From NCBI GenBank assembly GCA_025558095.1, contig JAIVFI010000001.1:930001-994000 (forward strand): a stretch of DNA of 64,000 nucleotides, given 5' to 3'. A model generated the notes under the pieces. That model saw only the letters and a list, made by a program, of their open reading frames with translations, was not told where the DNA came from and searched no databases. A program made the position numbers and the translations under genes. Below are positions 48,001 to 59,733 of the stretch, piece after piece (positions within the stretch are counted from its first letter, which is position 1; every line of letters begins with the position of its first letter). The DNA comes from Hyaloraphidium curvatum SAG 235-1 (Eukaryota; Fungi; Monoblepharomycota).

Positions 48001-51000
48001 ATGTTCTTCGTCGGTGTCGCGTTGCTCTACGCGGGAACGCAGCTTGAGCCCCTCCGGATCGTTGCGGAGCTCTGCGCCGCCTTGCTGGTGGCCGTTCTTG
48101 TGGTCAGCGTGCTAAATTGGAGACGTGCAATTCTGTCGGGACCGTCGAACGCAACGGTCGCTCGATCGAGGGAGCTTGGGGACTCTTCCGGGAAAGCCGC
48201 GCGGGACGCACTCGCGGCGCTAAAAGCATGGGCGGAGCCGCGCCGACGGGCACCGGCATACAAAGCCGACGCCGTACGCTACTCGAGCTCTGCTCGCCTG
48301 CAGGAGAGCATCGACAATCTGTTGACCCTCGTGGTTCGGGACTTCGTCGCGTCTTGGTACAGGCAGATAAGCACGGATGCGTCGTTCCTCAGCGAGGTCG
48401 AACGCGGAGTGCAGCATGCTGTTGCTGCCGGGTTTGGTCACGTTGAAGGGAGCAGGGTTGGGATCCAGGATTTCGCAATATCGAGGGTTCTGCCACTGAT
48501 CCTGCAACACATCACGTCTTTCAAGAAGGCGGAGAAACGGCTGCGCGGCGCCAAGTTGTCGAGCGCCCCTTCTGCCGTTTCTGTCCCCACGGCCAGGTCG
48601 ACGGGGAACGGAGGAGCCGGGGACGGGCTGTCGTCCGACAGCGAGTGGGAGGAGGACGGTTTCTCGAGGAGCCCGGCGCGCGGCGGCTTGGGAGCGCTGG
48701 GCAGAAGCAACGACAGTCTCCGCCAGAGTCAGGAAGCGCTGATGCGGTCTTCGACCGACAGCGCCGAGATGGCAAGTTCCACTGGCCTCGGGCCGGACAC
48801 CCGTCTCTGGACGGCCGAGGATGCCGAGCTGGCGCGGCATTACCACCAGACTTCGCGGCTGCACCCCGCGATCCTCCCGATCGCAGCATCCACGGCATCG
48901 CTGGAACAAAAGTACCTCAGGACCATCGTCGATCTGCTCCTGCCGGACCTGGCGCCGAGCTCAGTTGCGCCGAGCGTCCTCGCTTCCCGGCTCATCCGCG
49001 AGATCGTGGCATGCAAGGTGCTCCACCCGCTCCTCGAATTCCTTTCGGACCCCGACTTTTGGAACGAGGCCATCATCCGTCTCATCGACTTTCTCGTCGC
49101 CGACAAGAGGCTCCTTTCGACCGTGTCCGAGGCGATCAGGACGACGTCTGCGGCCGCCAGCCAGGGGTCGCGCTCGGAGCAGACCGACAAGCAGCGCATC
49201 AGCACCTTTGAGGACCTGCTGGATGCCATCAGAAACTGCGAGGATCTGCCCGAGGCGAAGCTCCTGATGAAGGGCATCGTGGCCGAGATGGAAGCCAAGG
49301 GCGGCGTCGTGGCGTCCCTCGGAGCTGCTGGGGACAAGGCAGCGAAAGCGAAAGCCGAGAAGATGCAGGTCTACGTGAACCGTCTCGAGGTCGCCAAGAG
49401 GCGTCTCGAGCGGCGAATGGTCCGTCTTGGCGACGGCGATGACGGGCAAGGACGGGACGCTGCAAGCGGCATGGGCCAATCTTTCTCGGAGCCCGCACCG
49501 TCTCTGAACCTCTTCCTGAAGGATGCCCTGGCAGTGACCCATTTTGCGGCATTCATGGACCGCGCCGGGCGGCCGGAGATCTTGCACGCGTACAAGGACA
49601 TTGATGATCTCCTCGTCGCGTACCGTTCTCAGGATCTGCAGACGCGCGATGCAGCCTCTTTGCTTGCGGAGCAGCGCTTAGTGGACCTCGTCCGCGATCT
49701 GTTTGACAATTACTTTGCGCCCGACGCACCGTCGAGCTTGCCTGTCAGCGAGGCCGTGGCCAAGGACATTGATCGCGTCCTGGCAAAGCTCCCCAGCGAG
49801 AGCGCTCTGCCGCGCGCCAACTCCTCGGGCCTGCTTTCCAGGTCTTCTGCGGCATCAGTCGAAGGCTTGGATCCCCTCTCGTCGGCCGTGATTGAGCAAG
49901 ATCGTCAGAGGCGAGCCACGAATCTGGACATCAACCTGTCTCCTTTTCTACAGGCGCAGCGCGAGCTCCACGAGCTCATGGAGGCGCACTTTTTCGCCGA
50001 CTTTCTGCGGAGTCCGTCGTACATCGAGTACCTCAGCGCCAGAACGCGTCGCCCTTCAACCAAGGGCTCAGCGGCTTCTTTGGCGCCCGCGGAGACCTCT
50101 TCCACGGCGCTGGACATTCGCGACACTTGGGGCTCCGCGCTGGCTGAGACGGACCGCCGGATCTCCGAGGCGACGCAGCTGGAGAACGACCTGGCCGAGC
50201 GCGTCGTGAATCTCGAGGATGAGCTCCAGGAGGTGCTTGGCAAGGGCTGGCGCAAATCGACGCCGCAGGTGCTCTACGCTTCGAAGTCGCGGAATCGCAC
50301 GAAGGAGCAGATCAAGCAGGACATTGAGGCCGCAAGGCTGAAGAAGGCAGCTGCGGAGGAAAACGTCAGGCGCCTGAAGGAGGAACGGATCGCACTGCTG
50401 CTGCAGCAACAAGGAGTGCTCTACGTCCCGGTACGTTTTCGTCGGAAGCGCTGGATCTTCTCGCAGTTCCAACATCGTGCTCCAATTGCCAGGGATACGT
50501 CTCAACCTACGTCCGCCTCGACGGGTCTGCCCCGCGTGCGTCCCTGACTTACGACATTGACGTGGAGCGTTTCGACGTCAACGGAAGGCGGCTTTCCCTC
50601 TGGACAGTGAACAAGAGCTACGCGCAGTTCGTCGCCCTGCACAGGCTGCTCAAAGGCCGCTTTCCTACCCTGGTGTCGTCGTCGCAGTTTCCTGTCCGCA
50701 CGGTCGTCGGGGAACTCGTGGGGAAGGACAGCGTTGAGTCGAGACGTAAGGCCCTTGACGTCTACCTCAAGGTGGGAGTCGACTGAAGGCATGCACATGC
50801 ACGGCGTTTCACGCCTTACCCGCCTCCCTCACAGAACCTGCTGAAATCGAACCTCATTTGTCAATGGGGCCCATTCCTGCAGTTCCTAACGCCTGACCGT
50901 GTCCTGCGCTCTCTTCCGGCGCGCAGCGAGCCCAGCCTCGGCTCGATACCGAGCTCGACGGTCGAGGACGACTTTGTCGTCATCGGCGGGCAGCCCGGCG

Positions 51001-51572
51001 CCAAGCCCGCCTCCGCGCCCGCGACTCCCGTGCGGACGCCCGAATCGGACAGCTCGCGGACCCAGTTTGACTTTGAGCTCGTGGACGCCGAGGACGCGCC
51101 CAACCCCGGGACACCGGCGATCGCGTTCCAGTTCCTCGTGGAGCTCTTTGACCTGCACACCCGATCCAACTACTGGCGCCGGCAGGCCGTCACCGTGCTC
51201 ATGAACCAGTTTGGCGCCGGCATCGTCAAGCGCCGAGTGGCAGAGATCCTGGAGCAGCTGGCCAGCGAGACCAGCCTGCTCTCGTACCTCTCCCTCGCGC
51301 GCGACACCTTCTGGCCCGGCGGCCGCTTCGCGTCGGACCGCCCCGTGCGGACAGAGGAGGAGCGCCGGCGGTCCGAGGCCGAGGCGGCGAGGAGGCTGCG
51401 GACGCTGATCCCCGACCTGTTCGGCGCCCTCGTGGGGCGGGAAAATGCGCGGGCGGGAGCCGAGAGGGTGCATGCGCTGTTCCAGAACAGGCGGCTGAAC
51501 CAGGAGCTCGCGTATCGCCTGCTGGACCTGTCGATCTCGACCTTTCTCTCGGTCCGACCGCCGCACGACTGA
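48001..51572 (+). CDS. MDM1: PXA-RGS-PX-Nexin_C sorting nexin (Mdm1/SNX13/14/25 family)
   Basis: N-terminal TM segments; VRDFVASWYRQIS (PXA); LSDPDFWN; RGS-like FAAFMD..FFADFLRSPSY; PX KSYAQFVALHRLLK..RRKALDVYL; Nexin_C ELFDL..NYWRR..FWPGG..FQNRRLN. Start uncertain. Confidence 0.88.
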
Positions 51573-51649
51573 TCGTACGGCGGGCGACTGACTGATGTAG
51601 ATGGCATTTCGTATCTATTGGCAACGCAACCTGAGGCCGTTCCGCGTCC

Positions 51650-53493
51650 TCACTTTTTCAGGAAGTGCTCCGCCACGAACCGCCGCTGGATCTTGCCCGT
51701 GGCCGTCTTGGGCACGGACTCGGCGATGAAGAGCTTCTGCGGGATTTTGAACGCCGCGAGCTTGCTCTTCAGGTACTCCTGCACGTCCGCGGCCGTCACC
51801 TTGCCCACGAAAGCGGGCTCCAAGACAACGGCGGCAGCGACCACCTCGCCTGCAGTTGTCCGTGAGGCACGGCAGCGCGCACGCACCCGACAGCGACCAC
51901 CCACCGTACTTTTCGTCCGGCGCCCCGAAGCTCACGGCGTCCGCGACCGCGGGGTGCGAAAGCAGCGCCGCGTCCACCTCGAGCGGCGAGATCTTCTCCC
52001 CACCCCTGTCCAGGCGCGATCCCCGTCAGCGCCGCCGGTCCCCACGATGCATAGACCACGCACCTGTTGATCAGCTCCTTGATCCTCCCCGTCAGGAACA
52101 GGTACCCCTCCGGGTCCAGGTACCCCCTGTCCCCCGTGTGGAAGTAGCCCCCCGCGAACCCCGCCTCGTTGGCCGCCGGGTTGTTCCGGTACCCCTTGGT
52201 CACGTTGGGCCCGCGGATGCACACCTCGCCCTGCTCGCCCTGCGGCACGGGCCTGTTGTCGTCGTCGAGGATGGCGAGCTCGATGCCGGTGGCTTTGCCG
52301 ACCGAGCCGGGCTTGTGCGGGCCGCGGGCGGGGAGGGGGTTGGAGGTCATCTGGTGCGAGGCTTCGGTCACTGGTACAAGGGGGAACGGGTGAGCAGCCA
52401 GGCGGGCGGTTGGCAAAGGAGGGGGACCGACTGGCGTAGGCCTCGAGGACGGGAGCGCCGAAGCTCTCCTCGAGGTCGTGCAGGATGGCCGGCGCGAGGG
52501 CGGAGGAGCAGGAGCGGATGAACCTCAGCTTGGGCAGCTTCTTCAGCACCTCGGCGTCGGCGCCGGATTTGTGCCGCGAGAGGAGGATCTGGTGGATGGT
52601 GGGCACGGCCGTGTACCAGTTGACGCCGTGCGCGGCCACGTCCTCCCAGAAGGACGAGGCCGAGAAGCGGCCCGTGGCGGGGAGTACAATGGCCGCGCCG
52701 ACCGAGAGCGGGGACAGGGTACCGCACATGAGCCCGTGTACGTGGAAGAGAGGCATGACGATGAGGGTCCGGTCCGAGGCTTCCATGTCGTAGGTGGCCG
52801 AGATGTTCTTGATCGAGGCGGCCAGGTTCCCGTGGGTGAGTGGCACGCCCTTGGGCCGCGAGGTGGTGCCCGAGGTGTGCAGGAAGAGGGCCTCGTCGTC
52901 GGGCGAGAGGGTGGGAAGCTCCGCGGGGGCGGCCGAGGCGGCGGCTTTGGCCTCGGCGAGGGCGTCCCGCGGCTTCAGCGCAATAGTCCCCGTGGCAAAG
53001 TCGAAGGACACGGCGACGACGGGGATGCCGAGCGCGGCGGCGGCCTTTTCGGCGTTGGCCGAAGGCGGCGCGGGGAGACCGTTGGAGGTCTCGGGGACGA
53101 GCAGGAGCCGCGACTCGGCGTCTGGAGCGTGCGAGACGCGTCAGCTGGTCCAACACAGCCTATTGCAGAGAAGATCGACCCACCCTCCATGTAGAAGCGG
53201 AACTCCTCTTCCGTGTAGGCGGCATTCAGGGGTGCTGCCACGCATCCCGCGCGTGCGACGCCGAGAAACGCGACGAGAAACTCCGCGTCGTTCGCGAACG
53301 CGAGCGACACCAAATCGCCCTTTGCCGCGAAGCGTAGCAGCTCCGCGGCGGCGCGCGCGACCTCGGCGTGCAGCGCCGCGTGCGCGATCGTCGACGCGGG
53401 CAGCGCGCCGCGCGCGGGGACGATCACCGCGGCATTCGCCGCGTGCGCGCCGCCGGCGGCTCCCTCGCCCAGCGCGGAGAACAGCGTGGCCAT
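51650..53493 (-). CDS. PCS60: Oxalate--CoA ligase (Pcs60/AAE3 family acyl-CoA synthetase)
   Basis: LHTSGTTSRPKGVPLTH; MPLFHVHGL; WYTAVPTIHQILL; FIRSCSS; LEAYAMTEASHQMTSNPLP; FHTGD; PKTATGKIQRR. Confidence 0.92.
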
Positions 53494-53889
53494 CCCGGGA
53501 GAGTGTTTGGTTGTCGGCGGCATCGATCGGGATCGGCCGAAGGCGTCATCGGGCACCGCCGGACGGGCAGCTTCTCGTTTGTGTCACCTCATCAGCGTGC
53601 AGACGGCTCCAGTCCGACACCATCTGGCGGAGTTCATCAGTGATGGGCGACGAAACGGGGTGGTTCGAGAGGCGAGAAGACTGACGATCGGGACGCGTCG
53701 GCTGGCAGCATCCCGAAGCCATCAGCGGGATGCAGCTCGCCAGCAAGGACGGGTACAAGAAGGATACCTAGAATTACCTTTGAAGCTGGGGCTCCGCTAC
53801 GGGTGGAGGGATGGGTCAGCGAGGTTGAGGCTGATCATTGGTCCGCCACCACCAGAACCTTCTCCCACATCCCCCGCCGCGATGAGGCG

Positions 53890-54591
53890 ATGACGGCGGT
53901 CGACGACTTCATCCCGCTCGGCGGCGGCGACGAGCTCTCGGACGACGACGCGATGGCGCGGGTCGGCGCGCCGCGGTCCCTCTCGCTCGGAGTGCCGCCG
54001 TTCGCCGGCAAGCGCAAGGCCGCGCTGCTCGACGAGGCGATGGAGGACGCCGAGCCCGCGAGCCCGCACTCGGACGCGTCGTCGTTCGACGCGCGCAAAA
54101 CACCCAGGCTCGACGGGCGGACCTCGCCGTCGCCCGCCGCCACGCCGCCCGGCGGGCCGATCGGCACGCCGCCCGCAGAGGCCGCCCTGCGCGCCAGAGT
54201 GGCGGAGCTCGAGGCCGCCCTGGCGTCGATCGCCGCCCCGCAGGCACACGCTGGGCACGTGCCGCACGAGCACTTTGCACGGATGGAGGCGCTCCACCTC
54301 GTCGAAATTCAGCGGTGGCAGTCGCGCGCGGCCGAGCTCGAGGACCGGCTGGCCCGCGCTGGTGGCGCAGTGGACGCACTCAGGAGGGAGAACGACGAGC
54401 TGAGGCGCGCGCTGGGCGTGCACCAGGCAGAGGCAGCCAGGAGGGCCCGGCACGTCAGGGAGGAGCTCGAGGGCGTGCTGGCGAGGACCAAGGAGCCGTT
54501 CCAGACCCTGATGGACCAGTACAGGAAGCTGTCGACCATGGCCGAGGTGCTCGAGACCGAGGCGTCGGGCCACCACGTCGAGGAACTTTGA
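53890..54591 (+). CDS. Intronless hypothetical coiled-coil protein
   Basis: Strong GC3 codon bias; heptad pattern LRARVAELEAALA..LEDRLARA..LRRENDELRRAL. Confidence 0.6.
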   Translation: MTAVDDFIPLGGGDELSDDDAMARVGAPRSLSLGVPPFAGKRKAALLDEAMEDAEPASPHSDASSFDARKTPRLDGRTSPSPAATPPGGPIGTPPAEAALRARVAELEAALASIAAPQAHAGHVPHEHFARMEALHLVEIQRWQSRAAELEDRLARAGGAVDALRRENDELRRALGVHQAEAARRARHVREELEGVLARTKEPFQTLMDQYRKLSTMAEVLETEASGHHVEEL

Positions 54592-54867
54592 CTTCCGATT
54601 GTTGAGGACCTCTGGATGGAGTGCGGAAAGGGGAAAAGGCTTTAGCGCGGAAGGCCAGCGGGCGGACAGTTGACGTCTCGGAGAGAGGGCGGGGCAAACA
54701 GTGGACGTTTAGCGACGAGCGCGGCGGGGACCCGCGATCCACGGTCGGAGGACTGCGAGGAGACTCAGCGACACGACGGGCCAACGATACCATTCTGTTG
54801 TACGACGATTGGCTGGGACGATGTGGCATACATGGAGTTGCGGAGAGAGAATCTTCCCATTCTCACG

Positions 54868-55738
54868 TCAAACCGTGCTCGCCTGAGCCGCAGCAAAGAG
54901 GGCTGAAGTGTTGGGCCAAAGAGCGTCGATGAACACGCAGAACAGCAGCTTGGCGGGAACGGTGTTGGTGGCCATGGCGATTGCGACTCCCGAATCCGGA
55001 TTCTTCAGCGCGTACGCTTCCCACCCCAGCGCCTCCCCTTCGTGGCCAAGCCAGGCACCCTCGGAATGCAGGCCGAGTCCATACGTCAGACCCGGGCCGA
55101 TCTGCCGAAGCTGGAGGCGCTTGGCCGCGATCCCGGGGGGCAAGGCGCTGTTGCCGCACGTGGAATCGGCCCACGTCAGCAGATCGCCGATCGTGCTGAT
55201 CATGCCGCCTCCGCCCTGGCCGTAGGACGCATTCCAGCCGGTAACGTCGGTTCCAATGGCAACCATCGCTCCTGCCTGAGGTGAGGCCCTCGGCGGCAGA
55301 CGATTCGTTGACGATGCTGCGCCGAAGGCTCGGGCAAAGTGGTGTCGTCGTTTGGCGGCAGGTGCGTCTTGAGCATCCCCATCGGGTCGGGAACCAGCTC
55401 TTGAGCTGGGCAGAAAGCGGGGTGCCGGTGATCTTCTCAATGATCAGCTGTAGGATCAGGTAGTTGGTCGTCGAGCAGCTTGCCGTCGGCTATCAGCTGC
55501 AGGGAAGTGACGGCCGGGGAGCTGTTGGAAAGACCGCCGATGCGAACAGAGTCCTCAACGGTCGCTGCGAGGCCGGCGCGGCCTCGCCAAAAGCCTTGCA
55601 GTACGTGCCCTTCGTCGGGTCCCGCACAGCGACCCAGAAGGCCGGGGCCTGGTTCGGGGGAGCATTTCCCCAGGTGGCTTCGACGGCGGTGTCGATAAAT
55701 GCCGCGTCCCTGGCCTGCATGGGCCGGGCCGCGGCCAT
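54868..55738 (-). pseudogene. Degenerate bacterial-type serine hydrolase (beta-lactamase/DD-carboxypeptidase family)
   Basis: Fragments in shifting frames: WVAVRDPTKGTYCKAFGEA / ATVEDSVRIGGLSN..LQLIADGKLLDD / STTNYLILQLIIEKITG / GGGMISTIGDLLTW..YGLGL..WLGHEGEALGWE..GVAIAMATN. No introns; SxxK motif lost. Confidence 0.8.
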
Positions 55739-55941
55739 GATGAAGTCAAGGTGGAGTGAGTTTGGGTTTGGGTTTGGGAGTCGTTGGTTTGTGGCGGTTC
55801 AGGTGGGGATCTGAGGATGCGTTGCGGATGTCCGAATCGGGTCAGCCGAAAGGATGTGGCTGATGTGCGGCGTCCCTACATCCAAGGACAAGGCCCGGCA
55901 CTCTGACTCCTCTTCCAAACGCACACCAATCCGAATCAGAA

Positions 55942-58900
55942 ATGCACGTCTCGTTTCATACAGCTGCCGCCGCAGGTCTCGCTTTTGTGCTGTTCGGCAT
56001 CCTCTTTGCCGAGGCCAGCGGCGCCGGCAGCGGCCCCTTTGTCAAAGCTCGAACTTGGTGCGTTTCGTCTGGCACCACCTCAATCTGGGGGCACGCGCTC
56101 ATCCTTCGTCCTCTTATGCAGCTGCGCTGCCTGCTCGTATCCGACCGGCTGCTGCTGCCCTCGCAGCGGCCCCCTCACGAAGACCACCACCACGACGTAC
56201 ACGCGATACACGGCGACCAGGCGGACGACATACACCATTGCCCTCGACCTTCCACCGGACTGGGTGATTGAGGGCACCAAAAGAGCCAAGTCTTTTTCGT
56301 TGCCCTCCGCTGCAGCCGTGCAGATCGGACCGCTCGTTGTCAACGACGAGGATGAGCATCGCCTGCTTGCCAGACACGTTTGCCGGACCTGCCCGCCCAA
56401 CGCAAAGTTTGCGCGCTTCGGCACACCGTGCTGTCCACCTCGTTCCACCCGCGTTGTGCAAGCTACAAAGACCGTCAACGCCGTCAAGACTAGCATCATC
56501 CTCTACTGCGAACCGGGGTACGGCTTTGAAGATTGCCAGCGGTGCAACGTCGGCTGGGCTTCATCGGGCGGTATCAACGCAAGGTGCAGACCATGCCCGA
56601 ACGGCCAGGCTTCTCCGGATCAGACCACATGTGTGGCTGCCTCGTGCACTCCCAACCGATCTCGTTGCGATCCCGGCAAAATCTGCGGCACTCAACCTAA
56701 TGGTTGCGGAGGCAACGTATTCTGCGGGACTTGTACAACTGGGCAGGCGTGCACAGGCAACGGCACGCTGTGCGTGCCCGCAATCTCCACCTGTGAGCCG
56801 AAAAAGACGTGCGACGCCGGTCAAGTATGCGGCAACCAAGGCGATGGCTGCGGCGGCTTTATAAGCTGCGGAGTATGCGCAGGTGGAAAGGGCTGCAACG
56901 TAGCCCACAGCTCATGCGACAATCTCACGTTGCCGGGATGTGTCCCTGAAAGCGCATCGGCGACTTGCAGCAAAGCCGGGAGAGTTTGCGGGACAACTCC
57001 AAACAACTGCGGAACTCCAATCAACTGCGGATCGTGCTCCGGAGTCAATGGCACGTGCGCCATGGACGGAACAGCCTGCGTCAGCGGCGGGCCAGCCGCG
57101 GGAGCATTCTGTCGGCCCTTAACGACATGCCCTAGCGGAGCAACGTGTGGTACATTCCCGAACGGATGCGGTGGCTTTCTCGTATGTGGTGTTTGTCCCG
57201 GCACTCAAGTCTGTAGCTCTACCGGAGATCGCTGTCAGGTTGGTCTTGGCTGTCTGTTGCGTTCGCGATCTGCTGAGCTGATTGTTTTTTTGACCTAGGC
57301 TCGATCGGCAACATGCAGGCCCAAAACGTCGTGCAGTGAAGGTCGAATCTGCGGGTCCGAACCCGACGGATGCGGAGGCTTTGTTCGTTGCGGCGCTTGC
57401 CCGACAGGAAACACCTGCAGCCCCGATCAGACATCTTGCTTCGCCGCCCAGCCCACTTGCATTCCAGCAACAGCCGATCAGGCCTGCGGCACGAAACAGT
57501 GCGGGAGTGCGGATGACGGATGCGGTGGCACCGTTCCATGCGGGTCGTGCGCAAATGGCTGGCACTGCGACGGTGGAAGTTCTCAGTGCGAACCAGGAGT
57601 GGCGCCAGCCTGCACGCCCAAGTCAAGCTGCGCAGTTGGCCGCGTATGTGGCTACGAGGATGACGGATGTGGTGGAGTGATTTCCTGTTCATCTCAACCC
57701 GATGGTACATGTGCCGGAGGCACTCCCGGGTCCGCGGTTTCAGCCTACCTCTGCGCTCCCGGTGGCTTTAGCTGCAACCTCATCTCACCATGGTGCACGT
57801 GAGTTCATCCGAACTGATTGTTGGTGCACGTGGGACTCATCAAGGGCATCACCCGCCCATCGACAGCCCGATCCAACACTGCAATCACACCGGCCTTACC
57901 CAGACCATATCGAATGGGCCTTTCGTGATACTTCGATCCAAGTGCGGCTTTGCCGATGACGGCTGTGGAGGACGTCTGAAATGCGACTCTTGTCCTGGGG
58001 GTCACACGTGCAGTGATGGCTATTGTCTTCAAGGCATCATGACCGCGACGAAGGCTTCAACGACTACGCGCTCCACTATTACTCGATCAACGCAGTCCAC
58101 CACAAGCACGAGGACCTGCGGAACCCCGACGCAGATCCCTCTTTCTACGCAGCGCCCTGGTCGTATCTTCGAAGTAACGGATCGTAACTGCAAAGGACCT
58201 GGCACCATGGACGACGCAATACAGAAAGCAAACGCCAATCCTGGAATCGACACCATACTGGTCATGGTTGACATCGACAACATGTTTCCGAATCCGTACG
58301 ACAACTCGTCTTGTTGGCTGACGCCCTCGGATGCGCATCGAGCATGGACCATCACTGAATCCGTCGTCATTGACGGAAACGGTCATTCAGTCATTGGCTA
58401 TTACTCCTGGGTCGGCTCCGATGGAGTGCTTAACAATGTAAACGTCCCACAGTGCCCGTCAGGGAACCGGGGTACCGTGGTTCTAGCCGAGACGGTGGGG
58501 ATGTTCAACATTGGCGCCCCAGGGAAGAACAACAATTGGGACCTTCATGTCACGTTGCGCAACGTCAAAATTGACGGCGTGAAGAGCATTGCCGACATTC
58601 GCGAGAAATCGATTTTCGACATGATCAATGTGAAGGCGACAAACGTCATCGACTTCTCTAGGAACTGCCAAACGAATCCGATCCAGATTCGACATGGTTC
58701 GATCTTGCGCATTCACAACTCCAGTTTCAGCGATTTCCACAACTGGGCAGAGTCGATAGGAGGCATGGGATCCGGAGTAATAAACGCAGACCGCGGATGC
58801 TATCTCGAGACATACAATTCGGTCTTTACGAGGGCCTATGATGCCGGCTTCATTGTTTGGACTCCCGATCCGGAATCGTACGTCAACATCGTCAACACCT

Positions 58901-59619
58901 ACATCACTGGCGCCCAGGGCGTGCAGGTCCTTGCTGGCAACAACGAAAAGACTACGGTCAACATTGTCAACAGCGTGTTAGTTGTCGGAACCGCAAGCTT
59001 CGGAGAAATCCAAACCGAGGACATTTGTGTGTTTCTAGGTGCGAGAACCACTGTCAGCGTTAGGGCATCCACTGTCGTGTCTACTTCAATTGTTTGTCAC
59101 GGAACTTGCGATTGGGGAAGCGTGTTCTCGTCTGTGGCGGGAGCCAGGGTCACCATAAGCGAATCAGCGTTCGGTGTGTTCGATTTAGATGCCCTGAACA
59201 AAAGCAGCACCACTCGGAAGAACATGCTGTTTCTTGGTGGAGATGGCACTTTCCGCGCCGATGCCGTGACCTGGATTCTCCCGACCAAGCTACAAGGATC
59301 CAGTGCTCTAAAGACAAGAGTGCAACAGCAAAAGCTGCTCACTGGCGATCCTGGTTTGGCCTACATTGATCCACAAGATACAGTGATCACGAACGTGTGG
59401 GCGCAAGGTCAAACGGCAAATCTTTACCCACTTGAGAGGGACGGCACGGGAAAACCGGGCCTTCTGATCGGCAAGATAACGAATGCCAACCCTACTGGAG
59501 TCAACGCGTTGCGTAGCCCGATCTATCCATACGCCGTTCTCGTCACCGATGCCCTCGGCAACCCACGTACGGATCAACGGAGCCGACGCGACATAGGGGG
59601 CCTCCAAAAGGGCAAATGA
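55942..59619 (+). CDS. Large secreted protein: signal peptide, Thr-rich segments, about 8 Cys-rich GCGG repeats, C-terminal beta-helix/choice-of-anchor-Q-like domain (4 exons)
   Basis: Introns at about 56058-56121, 57239-57298 and 57799-57865 give one open frame. Repeats have the form CxP..C..G..CG...DGCGG...CG.C. The C-terminal domain begins FEVTDRNCKGPGTMDDAIQKANANPGIDTI..TITESVVIDG and ends DALGNPRTDQRSRRDIGGLQ. Confidence 0.8.
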
Positions 59620-59733
59620 GCAAAAAACTGTGATGTATAGCCTCCATTGCGAATGAAGTAGCTGGATTACCACTTTTAATGCGGCACGACGATTAGCTAC
59701 ACACCCGCCCTTGCCAATCTCCGCCGCCCTCGC

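Noticed and set aside
55761-55778. (TTTGGG)3 telomere-like run
   Set aside because: Only 18 bp and not the canonical TTAGGG; compatible with a simple microsatellite.
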